NCBI GenBank assembly: GCA_964362545.1
Contig: CAYIEM010000001.1
Coordinates: 17,424-81,423, forward strand
Length of the DNA: 64,000 bases
Reading direction: 5' to 3'
DNA from: an uncultured Candidatus Saccharibacteria bacterium
GTDB lineage: Bacteria > Patescibacteriota > Minisyncoccia > Phycocordibacterales > UBA9973
A model generated the notes under the pieces. The model ran no database searches. It saw nothing but the letters and a program-made list of their open reading frames with translations, and was not told the origin of the DNA. Numbering within the stretch: position 1 is the first letter of the stretch; each line of letters begins with the position of its first letter. Shown piece after piece: positions 8,954 to 16,671 of this stretch. A program made the position numbers and the translations under genes.

Positions 8954-9973
8954 ATGAATAAGATAGACTTCTTGGCGATCGGGGACACAGTGATAGACGC
9001 CTTTATTAAGTTGAAAAAAGCCGATATTCTAGGTGAACCGGACAAGCCAGGATACGAGATTGCTCTGCCTTTCGGAGAAAAAGTGGAATATGAGGACGTT
9101 TTCGTGATTCCGGCTGTAGGCAATGCGGCGAACGCGGCTATTGCCGCCGCGCGACTTGGGCTATCAACAGCAATCGTTACAAACCTAGGCGATGACCGCG
9201 AGGGAGAAGATTGCCTGAAAGAATTGAAGCGCAGCATGGTCAACACCGAGTTGGTAAAAATTAACAGCGGCAAGAAAACCAATTATCACTATGTGCTGTG
9301 GTATGGCGCGGAACGCACGATTTTAATCAAACACCAAGATTATGACTATACGATGCCCGACGTGGGTTCGCCTTCCTGGCTTTATTTTAGTTCTGTAAAT
9401 GAGACCGCCTTCCCTTTCCATTATGTAATCGCCGATTATTTAGATTCTCATCCGGAAATAAATTTCACATTTCAACCGGGCAAATTTGAAATTAAGCTCG
9501 GATACGAAAAAATGGAACGCTTTTACCGCCGCGCGAAAATCTTTTTCTGCAACGTAGAAGAGGCAGAAAAAATTTTAGGATTGCAGAGTATAGGCGAGAG
9601 GCACGAGAATCCGACAGAGGGCGTAAAAGATTTACTCGCAAAAATGCATGATCGGGGTCCCGAGATAGTCGTTATTACCGACGGGCCGAAAGGCGCTTAT
9701 GCTTTCGACGGCAAAGAATACCTTTTCATGCCGATTTATCCGGATCCTAAACCGCCCTACTCACGTACCGGGGCGGGTGATGCCTTTGCTTCGACGACCA
9801 CCTCGGCACTTGCCTTAGGTAAAACTCTACCTGACGCCTTGGCTTGGGGAGGCATCAACTCCATGGCTGTGGTACAACAAGTGGGCGCCAACGTCGGCCT
9901 CCTCTCTCGTAAAAAGCTGGAAGAATATCTCAAAAACGCGCCGGAGGGTTATAAACCAAAAAAGTTGACTTAG
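8954..9973 (+). CDS. PfkB-family carbohydrate/nucleoside kinase
   Basis: 339 aa, ribokinase-like fold with anion-hole motif TGAGDAF near C-terminus and N-terminal GDTVID-type motif. Confidence 0.75.
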   Translation: MNKIDFLAIGDTVIDAFIKLKKADILGEPDKPGYEIALPFGEKVEYEDVFVIPAVGNAANAAIAAARLGLSTAIVTNLGDDREGEDCLKELKRSMVNTELVKINSGKKTNYHYVLWYGAERTILIKHQDYDYTMPDVGSPSWLYFSSVNETAFPFHYVIADYLDSHPEINFTFQPGKFEIKLGYEKMERFYRRAKIFFCNVEEAEKILGLQSIGERHENPTEGVKDLLAKMHDRGPEIVVITDGPKGAYAFDGKEYLFMPIYPDPKPPYSRTGAGDAFASTTTSALALGKTLPDALAWGGINSMAVVQQVGANVGLLSRKKLEEYLKNAPEGYKPKKLT

Positions 9974-10034
9974 ATATACTGAGCGTTGTATTATTAAAGA
10001 GTCGAAATATAAGATTTTAAAATAAACAAATTTT

Positions 10035-10205
10035 ATGGCTATAGAATCAACTCCCGAAAGTAAAAAAGACCTGCTGGAGAGAATAAATGTAGAAATACAA
10101 ATGTACGAGGATGAAATAAAGAAGAGAGAAAGTAGAGGAGAAGATGTTTCGCACCTTAGAGTAAGCTTAGAAAGTTTAAGAGAACAGGCTGGAAAACTAA
10201 AATAA
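10035..10205 (+). CDS. Hypothetical 56-aa coiled-coil protein
   Basis: Hand-translated ORF not in track: MAIESTPESKKDLLERINVEIQMYEDEIKKRESRGEDVSHLRVSLESLREQAGKLK*. Followed 30 nt later by an intrinsic terminator. No clear SD. Confidence 0.25.
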   Translation: MAIESTPESKKDLLERINVEIQMYEDEIKKRESRGEDVSHLRVSLESLREQAGKLK

Positions 10206-10234
10206 GAAGACTGCAAAAGAACAACGAAAAAAAA

Positions 10235-10261
10235 CCGGCTAGCTTAGCCGGTTTTTATTTT
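10235..10261. terminator. Bidirectional rho-independent terminator
   Basis: Stem CCGGCTA/TAGCCGG with 3-nt loop, A8 run upstream and TTTTTATTTT downstream. Lies between the convergent small ORF/PfkB unit (+) and the transposase (-). Confidence 0.6.
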
Positions 10262-10339
10262 CAGCACTCTTTTCACCGCCTTTTTGATATCCTTCACCCC
10301 CATGCCGTAATGCTCGATGAGCTCATCCAGCTTGAACTT

Positions 10340-10358
10340 GACAAGGTTAAACCTTGTC
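10340..10358. repeat. REP-like 19-bp palindrome copy 1 (GACAAGGTTAAACCTTGTC)
   Basis: 9-bp stem GACAAGGTT/AACCTTGTC around a single A. Overlaps the 3' end of the transposase gene. Confidence 0.8.
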
Positions 10359-11075
10359 CGCGTTGTTGTCCGCGCTGTCTTCGTTAGCATCCTTAAACTT
10401 CAGCCATTCCTTTACAAAATCTCCAAAATCCAACTTGGAGCTAAAGTATTCTGGAAATTCCGATACGTCAATAATTTTGCTTTCTACCCTACTGACCCCA
10501 GCGAGATCCAAGTAACTGGAATATCTATATTCGCTCAGGTATTTTTCCGATTCATGCAGATTTTTAATTCCATTCTCTTTCCACTCAGGGTCGATTAATT
10601 TAACTGGATTTAAGTTTATATAAGCAAAAAGATATTTCAAATATTCGTCTTTCGTCACATGCTTCGCCTTAAAAGTACCTTGGAAAAGCGAACCATTTCT
10701 GTCGTTCTTCTTGTTGAAATACATCGTGTAAGCTGTTTGCAATTTTTGCATGAACTTACTAACCCCATTGTCTACCCTCTCTTTAATCAATAAATGAAAA
10801 TGGTTTGGCATCAAACAAAATGCGCCTATACTAACCAATGTTTCTTTTCTATCCATTTGAAAAATCTCGGACAAGGTTAAACCTTGTCTTAACTGGTCGC
10901 CAATATCCACCCTTTCGTAACTGTTGCATGAGTAAAGCAGAACCAGAAAACGCGAGTAATCATTCGCGTTTGTAAAAATTTTCCTTTTATCAGTACCTCT
11001 GTTATATAGATGGTAATATTCGCCTATTGAGAATTCCAAGTTTCTTGTCATGCATACATGATAACTAAAAAACAA
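10347..11075 (-). CDS. IS200-like / REP-associated tyrosine transposase (Y1 HUH, COG1943)
   Basis: EYYHLYNRG...DYSRFLVLL...AFCLMPNHFHLLIKE (HUH motif)...MQKLQTAYTMYFNKKNDRNGSLFQGTFKAKHV...YINLNPVK. Start may be the internal MTRNLEF. Confidence 0.75.
   Translation of the reverse strand: MFFSYHVCMTRNLEFSIGEYYHLYNRGTDKRKIFTNANDYSRFLVLLYSCNSYERVDIGDQLRQGLTLSEIFQMDRKETLVSIGAFCLMPNHFHLLIKERVDNGVSKFMQKLQTAYTMYFNKKNDRNGSLFQGTFKAKHVTKDEYLKYLFAYINLNPVKLIDPEWKENGIKNLHESEKYLSEYRYSSYLDLAGVSRVESKIIDVSEFPEYFSSKLDFGDFVKEWLKFKDANEDSADNNADKV
10870..10888. repeat. REP-like palindrome copy 2, inside the transposase coding sequence
   Basis: Exact 19-mer. Encodes RQGLTLS in-frame within the tnp ORF. Confidence 0.8.
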
Positions 11076-11081
11076 GATTTT

Positions 11082-11100
11082 GACAAGGTTAAACCTTGTC
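11082..11100. repeat. REP-like palindrome copy 3
   Basis: Exact 19-mer immediately upstream of the tnp start and abutting the tkt C-terminal-subunit stop. Confidence 0.8.
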
Positions 11101-12099
11101 CGGTTTATTTCGATCGAGGATTTTATGCGCTGCTTTTTGGATGTCCTTCACCCCCATTCCGTAATGCTCGATGAGTTCGTCGGGTGTACCGGACTGGCCG
11201 AATTTGTTTTGCACCCCGATGAATTCCATCGGCACCGGGTAATTTTGCGCGAGCACCTCGGCAACTACGCTCCCCATGCCGCCGGAAACTTGGTGTTCTT
11301 CGACTGTAATAATCGCTTTGCACTCTTTTGCCAAAGCTATGATGGCTTCGTCGTCTGTCGGCACGATTGATGACAGATTCATTACTTTAGTTTTTACACC
11401 TTCCGTCTCCAATTCTTTAGCCGCGAGCATCGCGCGGTGAACAAGCGCGCCGGTGGCGATGATTCCGACATCTGCTATCCCGACATCCGGAATCCAAAAT
11501 ACCCGCGCCTTGCCTATTTCAAAAGGAGTTTCTTCAGTAGTTATGATAGGTGTCTTCTCTCGAGCCAGACGCAGGTATGCCGGCTTTTTGGTTTTAGCGA
11601 GAACAAGCGTCACCTTTTTTGCCTCTATGCTATCGCACGGGCTAAGCACATCCATATTGGGAAGCACTCGCATCAGCGCGATGTCTTCAAGCGCTTGGTG
11701 CGTGCCACCATCAGGACCCACAGAAATACCCGCGTGCGAACCGACTATCACCACCTTTCTGTCGTTGTAAGCAATCGTCGTCCTTATTTGTTCCCAATTG
11801 CGCCCTGGAGAAAACATCGCGTAAGAAGAACAAAAAGGAATTTTACCCATAGCGGCCATCCCCGAAGCCACAGTCACCAAATTCTGCTCCGCCACACCTA
11901 CTTCAATAAATCTCTCCGGAAATTTTTCTTTGAAAAAATGCATTTGCGTAGACTCCGTCAAATCCGCGCAAAGCGCCACCACATTTTTATCCGCCTCTCC
12001 TGCCAACACGAGTCCCTGCCCGAAACCTTTGCGAATAGGCGCCTGTTCGCAGTCTTGATTGAAAATCTTCGGATTTAATTTTAATGCTGGGTTTAACAT
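11089..12099 (-). CDS. tkt: Transketolase, C-terminal (pyrimidine-binding) subunit
   Basis: 336 aa. FGQGLVLAGEADKNVVALCADLTEST...IEVGVAEQNLVTVASGMA, typical split-Tkt subunit B. Confidence 0.85.
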   Translation of the reverse strand: MLNPALKLNPKIFNQDCEQAPIRKGFGQGLVLAGEADKNVVALCADLTESTQMHFFKEKFPERFIEVGVAEQNLVTVASGMAAMGKIPFCSSYAMFSPGRNWEQIRTTIAYNDRKVVIVGSHAGISVGPDGGTHQALEDIALMRVLPNMDVLSPCDSIEAKKVTLVLAKTKKPAYLRLAREKTPIITTEETPFEIGKARVFWIPDVGIADVGIIATGALVHRAMLAAKELETEGVKTKVMNLSSIVPTDDEAIIALAKECKAIITVEEHQVSGGMGSVVAEVLAQNYPVPMEFIGVQNKFGQSGTPDELIEHYGMGVKDIQKAAHKILDRNKPDKV

Positions 12100-12222
12100 G
12101 TTGTTTGTTTAGTTTTTTGAAATATACTTTTCACAGGGGTTTGGCGAGCATCGGCGAGCCAACTTCAGGAATTTTTATGCTTCAAAAATTCCGTACCGGA
12201 GAAAAGTGATATTTCAAAAAAC

Positions 12223-13098
12223 TTACTGATGCTCACTCCTAATTTTACCGCCAAGCGTACGCAACTCTTCTAATGCAATCTTTGCTTCATCTTTGTTTGG
12301 TGTTTTACCATGCCAATGATAATCTCTGTCAAATTCTTTCACTCCTTTACCAGGGATGGTTCTCGCTATCAATACGGACGGTTTTTCAAAAACTGCCTTC
12401 GCTCGCTCTATCGCGCTATTTACCTCTTCAAAGTCATGCCCGTTTACCTCCTGTGCATGCCAGCCAAATGCTTCGTATTTCAAGACCAAGTCGCCAAGAG
12501 GCATTATGTCTTCGGTGTAACCATCTATTTGAATATTGTTTCTATCCACTATCACTATCAGATTATTTAATTTTTCCTTGGACGCCAAAAGAATAGCTTC
12601 CCAGGTGTTCCCTTCATCGTGCTCGCCATCGGAAAGTAGTGCATAAATATATCTCTCGGAATTTCTATCTCTATCGATCCTATCCGCGAGTGCCATGCCT
12701 ACCGCTTGCGAAAGCCCAGCACCTAGCGGTCCAGAGGAAGTTTCAAGCCAAGGCATGTATTCCCTATGTGGATGACCTTGAAGTCTAGTACCAAACTTGC
12801 GCAAAGTCTTCAATTCTTCTATGGGAAAATATCCTGCGTGCGCCATAGTCGCGTATAATACCGGACATATATGCCCGTTTGAAAGCACCAATCTGTCGCG
12901 CTCTTCCCCAATAGGACTTCCTAGCGGATTTTTAGGGTCGTGTTTCAAAACATGAAAATAAAGAAGAGTAAAAATATCAGCCATACCGAGAGGTCCCGCC
13001 GTATGCCCACTCCCGGCTTCTACCAACATCTCAATAATGCTTTCTCTAATGTCGTTAGCTTTTATCTCTAGCTCCTGTATTTTTTCTTGAGTTAACAT
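12223..13098 (-). CDS. tkt: Transketolase, N-terminal (TPP-binding) subunit
   Basis: 291 aa. GSGHTAGPLGMADIF, GHPH, DGEHDEGNTWEA motifs. Confidence 0.85.
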   Translation of the reverse strand: MLTQEKIQELEIKANDIRESIIEMLVEAGSGHTAGPLGMADIFTLLYFHVLKHDPKNPLGSPIGEERDRLVLSNGHICPVLYATMAHAGYFPIEELKTLRKFGTRLQGHPHREYMPWLETSSGPLGAGLSQAVGMALADRIDRDRNSERYIYALLSDGEHDEGNTWEAILLASKEKLNNLIVIVDRNNIQIDGYTEDIMPLGDLVLKYEAFGWHAQEVNGHDFEEVNSAIERAKAVFEKPSVLIARTIPGKGVKEFDRDYHWHGKTPNKDEAKIALEELRTLGGKIRSEHQ

Positions 13099-13163
13099 AT
13101 TAATCTATATTATAACAAAATAAATTTACAAATACCATACTTCTGCTTTACATATTCAATTTG

Positions 13164-13181
13164 CTACAATATACTGTAGTA
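13164..13181. promoter_or_regulatory. 18-bp palindromic motif CTACAATATACTGTAGTA (site 1, upstream of TrpR-like gene)
   Basis: Inverted repeat CTACA-N6-TGTAG (7-bp arms with flanks), in the divergent intergenic region between tktN and the HTH gene. Confidence 0.4.
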
Positions 13182-13218
13182 GATTATTAGTAATAAAATT
13201 AGTTTTTAGATATAATTT

Positions 13219-13638
13219 ATGCCACACGTATCAAGCAAAAAATTAAATCCCAAGCTTTTAGAAGAATTATTTGGAAAACTTCTTGCAGTCTTTGGGCAAG
13301 CACAAAACAAAAGATACTTGAAAGAAGTAACACGGGAGCTGTTCACCCGAACAGAAAAAATTATGCTTGCTAAACGCTTGGCTATTGTTCTTATGCTCGC
13401 GAATAATACTCCACAGCATAGGGTTGTAAATATATTGAAAGTCAGCCCAACTACTGTGGCGAAAACATCTCTCGGAATTGAAATCGGCAAGTACGACGCT
13501 ATTCTAAAAATTTCTAAAAAGGAAAAGACTGATATCGAGAAATTAGTATGGAATATTCTCACCGTCGGAGGAATTATGCCTCCAAAAGTAGGAAGAAAGT
13601 ACTGGAGAAAATATTCAAATAATAATACTACTTCCTAG
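13219..13638 (+). CDS. TrpR/YerC-family HTH DNA-binding protein
   Basis: 139 aa. LFTRTEKIMLAKRLAIVLMLANNTPQHRVVNILKVSPTTVAKTS parallels the TrpR/YerC LTPDExxALxxRxxIxxxLL...S.RxIxxxLGVSxATITRGS helix-turn-helix. Confidence 0.55.
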   Translation: MPHVSSKKLNPKLLEELFGKLLAVFGQAQNKRYLKEVTRELFTRTEKIMLAKRLAIVLMLANNTPQHRVVNILKVSPTTVAKTSLGIEIGKYDAILKISKKEKTDIEKLVWNILTVGGIMPPKVGRKYWRKYSNNNTTS

Positions 13639-13663
13639 CGTCTCACTTAATTAATCACCATCA

Positions 13664-13681
13664 GATTAATTTACTACAATA
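13664..13681. promoter_or_regulatory. 18-bp palindromic motif CTACAATATACTGTAGTA (site 2, downstream of TrpR-like gene)
   Basis: Identical 18-mer exactly 500 bp from site 1. Shared 5' flank AATTTxCTACA. Confidence 0.4.
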
Positions 13682-13731
13682 TACTGTAGTAAAATTCGAT
13701 ACGGTAAGAAAGAGAGAGCATTGTTCTATTT

Positions 13732-14460
13732 TTATAAATTTTTAAACTCTTCTATCTTTTCAATTATATCATCTGCATTAAAAATCGCTGAACCTATAAT
13801 GAGCTTCGTCGCTCCGGCTTCTACTAGTCTGGGCGCCGTCTCTTCATTTACCCCAATATCAACTGCAATGGGTATGTCAACGTATTCTTCTCTGAAACTC
13901 TTAATTTTTTCATAGACCTTTTCATCTAGCTCTATTCCTGCTCCTTGGTATCCTTCCCTGTCGTTGCCCATAAACTGCACGAAATCAACACACGAAACCA
14001 GGGGATAAATCTGTCCTAGGGGGGTGCTAGGATTCATGGCTACACCTATATCTATGGCATCCCGAATATAATTATCCATGCCTTCCAAAAAATTTTTAAA
14101 TTCTTCCAATTTGCCAACAGCCTCTAAATGAAAAACTATTTTCTTCGGACCTAGTTTGGTATAAATATCAAAATTCTCCACCGCATCTGCTACCAGTAAA
14201 TCAATCTCAAAATCGACGTCCTCCCAAAAAGGCATACCCTCCTCTTCGTTTAGAATTTTTCTAAAATGCTCGTCTAGATTGTTTTCCAAAAAAAGCGCAT
14301 CTCTCCTAGAAGGCGAGTTGAATGGCCAGGTTATGGACGGAACAAAAACTCCATCGCATATATCCACTTGAACAACACCCGCTGTCCCACGAACAAGCGC
14401 GACTTTATTCTTCAAATCCTCGTAACTTTTTGTCAGTATTGATGGAATTATTTCTACCAT
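13732..14460 (-). CDS. rpe: Ribulose-phosphate 3-epimerase-like
   Basis: IIPSIL...VDICDGVFVP signature. 242 aa TIM-barrel epimerase. Confidence 0.7.
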   Translation of the reverse strand: MVEIIPSILTKSYEDLKNKVALVRGTAGVVQVDICDGVFVPSITWPFNSPSRRDALFLENNLDEHFRKILNEEEGMPFWEDVDFEIDLLVADAVENFDIYTKLGPKKIVFHLEAVGKLEEFKNFLEGMDNYIRDAIDIGVAMNPSTPLGQIYPLVSCVDFVQFMGNDREGYQGAGIELDEKVYEKIKSFREEYVDIPIAVDIGVNEETAPRLVEAGATKLIIGSAIFNADDIIEKIEEFKNL

Positions 14461-14480
14461 AATTTAAAGAAGCGAAGTTA

Positions 14481-14957
14481 TTATTCTATTTTTATTTTAT
14501 CTATTTTACCTAGACGACGAACATGTCTCTCGTCCCCAGAAAAAGGAGTGTCGAGCCAAAGATTAACTGCGCTCATTATGTTGTCTTCTGTAAAATATCT
14601 GGCACCCAAGGAAAGAATGTTTGAATTGTTGTGCTGCCTTGAACGTATTATGATGTCTGAATCATTGTCTACGACTGGCTTCGCATTACCATAGTCTACG
14701 ACAGCCCTGACATGAGGAAACTTATTGGCGGTAATCGCCTCCCCTTCTCCTGTACCGCCTAAAACAATTCCCCTGACATTTTCTGAATCCTTCGATACCT
14801 CCTCTGCCACAGGAATGACAAAATCTGGATAGTCATCGTGCTCGTTGTATTCGTATGCGCCCTTGTCTATGACCTCATGTCCCTGAAGTTTTAAAGAAGA
14901 TACGATCTTCTCCTTAAATACATAACCAGCGTGATCTGTGCCAATAAAAATTTTCAT
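14481..14957 (-). CDS. rpiB: Ribose-5-phosphate isomerase B
   Basis: MKIFIGTDHAGYVFK... RpiB/LacAB family, 158 aa. Confidence 0.85.
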   Translation of the reverse strand: MKIFIGTDHAGYVFKEKIVSSLKLQGHEVIDKGAYEYNEHDDYPDFVIPVAEEVSKDSENVRGIVLGGTGEGEAITANKFPHVRAVVDYGNAKPVVDNDSDIIIRSRQHNNSNILSLGARYFTEDNIMSAVNLWLDTPFSGDERHVRRLGKIDKIKIE

Positions 14958-14992
14958 AATAATATTATAACACCTTTTACGTAAAACCCAAT

Positions 14993-15652
14993 CTACTGTA
15001 TATTTGTCGCCCTGTGTAAATCCGAAAACAAAGCGACGGTCTTACCGAAATCCTTCTCCGCCACTATAAAAATAAACTCAGTAGAGGTAGACACAAGTTC
15101 TTCTATATTTATGCGGGCGCGGGCAGTAACTGAGAGAAGAGAGAAGAAGATATTGGGCATGCCAAAAACTTCCGGACCGAATGACACACCTATAGCAGCC
15201 AAATTGTGATTTATAATCTTTGGTTTGACCTTAAAATGTTTTAATATTTTATTTTCCAGATTAGACGAACAGATTACCTCTACTTCGGCCGTACCAATGG
15301 TAGTCGTTAGAAAATCCTCACCAGAAACTGAAATGCTTTTGTGCAACGACTCGAGCTCAAAAATCAGCTCGCTTGTTTTTTCGTAGACAAACTCGGAAAG
15401 CGGTAATTTAGTAGAAATATTTTTTATAGCGACATCGTAAATAAGGGGTTTTTCTTTTTTAAACTCTTTCCGAAGACGCGAAAGTGAAACAACTAAGCCA
15501 TTAATAGTTACTTGTTTTTTTGTGAGCTCTTCCACCTTTTTGCGTATGCGATACGCATAACTACTCATATTCATATAACCATTCGTAAGCGCGACGTAGG
15601 CCTCAAACTCCCCTAAAACTATTTCCCGCACTACTCCTTGTATTTTTATCAT
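14993..15652 (-). CDS. Hypothetical protein, possibly tandem ACT-like regulatory domains
   Basis: Start set to MIKIQG (ATG 15650-15652). The track start at 15718 leaves only 27 bp to divergent cysK. No confident family match. Confidence 0.3.
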   Translation of the reverse strand: MIKIQGVVREIVLGEFEAYVALTNGYMNMSSYAYRIRKKVEELTKKQVTINGLVVSLSRLRKEFKKEKPLIYDVAIKNISTKLPLSEFVYEKTSELIFELESLHKSISVSGEDFLTTTIGTAEVEVICSSNLENKILKHFKVKPKIINHNLAAIGVSFGPEVFGMPNIFFSLLSVTARARINIEELVSTSTEFIFIVAEKDFGKTVALFSDLHRATNIQ

Positions 15653-15745
15653 GCTCAATATTCTATCATTTTTAACAAAAAGTTGAAATATCAAGATAAA
15701 TGTTAAAAAACTTGGCATTTAAAGTAAAGAGAGTATCGTAAAGAA

Positions 15746-16663
15746 ATGAGAAAACAAACGAACGATCTACTAGATGCTATCGGAAACACTCCTATGGTAA
15801 AAGTGCCTTTCGATACCAAAGCGAAGATCTTCGCCAAGCTTGAATACTTGAATCCCGGAGGAAGCGTGAAAGACCGTCCCGCCTTATTTATGGTGGAAGA
15901 GGCGGAAAGAAAAGGATTATTAAAACCAGGCGGAACAATTATAGAAGCATCTTCGGGAAACCAAGGGATAGCATTGGCTATGATCGGTGCCGTAAAAGGA
16001 TATAAAGTGATAATAGCAGCTTCCGACAAAGTAAGCGAGGAGAAAATAAAAACTTTGCGTGCATACGGGGCGGAGGTCATGATATGCGACAGCTCTATTC
16101 CCCTACACGACCCAAAGAATTATCACAACGTACCGGAAAATATGGCGAAAAATATTCCGAATTCGTTTGTGCCAAACCAGTACTACAATCTTTCAAATCC
16201 CAAAAGTTATTATTTTTCGCTAGGACCTGAGATATGGAAACAAACCAAAGGCAAGATCACTCATCTATTCGCTCCAGCAGGCACCGGAGGAACAGTCAGC
16301 GGAACCGGAAAATTTTTAAAAGAACAGAATCCGAAAATAAAAATTATTGCTGTTGATGTCAATAATTCTTCCCATTCGACCAAAGGAAATCCGAAGCCAT
16401 ACAAATTGGAAGGCATTGGTATCGACTTTGAGACTCCTGTGCTTGATGAATCAGTAATAGATGAGTTTCTGCCTGTATCCGATGAGCAAAGCTTTACTAT
16501 GTTGAAAAAGATGGCTTCTCAATATGGATTGCTTTTAGGGGGAAGTGGCGGATCTATAGCTTATGCGGTAAAAAATTACGCTAAAAAACTAAAAAAGGGT
16601 GACGTAGCCGTAATGATTCTCAGTGATTCTGGACGAGCATATTTGTCTAAAAATTATTTTTAA
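15746..16663 (+). CDS. cysK: Cysteine synthase / PLP-dependent CysK-CBS family enzyme
   Basis: LLDAIGNTPMVKV, PLP-lysine motif LNPGGSVKDRPA, GGTxSG glycine loop (APAGTGGTVSG). Confidence 0.8.
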   Translation: MRKQTNDLLDAIGNTPMVKVPFDTKAKIFAKLEYLNPGGSVKDRPALFMVEEAERKGLLKPGGTIIEASSGNQGIALAMIGAVKGYKVIIAASDKVSEEKIKTLRAYGAEVMICDSSIPLHDPKNYHNVPENMAKNIPNSFVPNQYYNLSNPKSYYFSLGPEIWKQTKGKITHLFAPAGTGGTVSGTGKFLKEQNPKIKIIAVDVNNSSHSTKGNPKPYKLEGIGIDFETPVLDESVIDEFLPVSDEQSFTMLKKMASQYGLLLGGSGGSIAYAVKNYAKKLKKGDVAVMILSDSGRAYLSKNYF

Positions 16664-16671
16664 AATCTTAA

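Larger units (their letters stand above)
10340..11100 (-). mobile_element. IS200/IS605-family (RAYT-like) minimal insertion element bounded by REP-like palindromes
   Basis: 761-bp unit containing only a Y1 HUH transposase. Identical 23-nt TTGACAAGGTTAAACCTTGTCCG at both ends (10338-10360 and 11080-11102). Confidence 0.6.

Noticed and set aside
11123-12078. Plus-strand ORFs (11437-12078, 11453-11770) and small minus ORF 11123-11323 overlapping transketolase C-subunit
   Set aside because: Arg/His-rich antisense translations. The Tkt reading frame is clearly the real one.
13211-13216. TATAAT box 2 nt upstream of the TrpR-like ATG as its -10 element
   Set aside because: The spacing would place the transcription start inside the ORF. 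Probably a chance AT-rich hexamer, or the real start codon is elsewhere.
15703-16080. Minus-strand 125-aa ORF overlapping cysK, and the 8941-9282 ORF overlapping the PfkB kinase
   Set aside because: Antisense to well-supported enzymes. No motifs.
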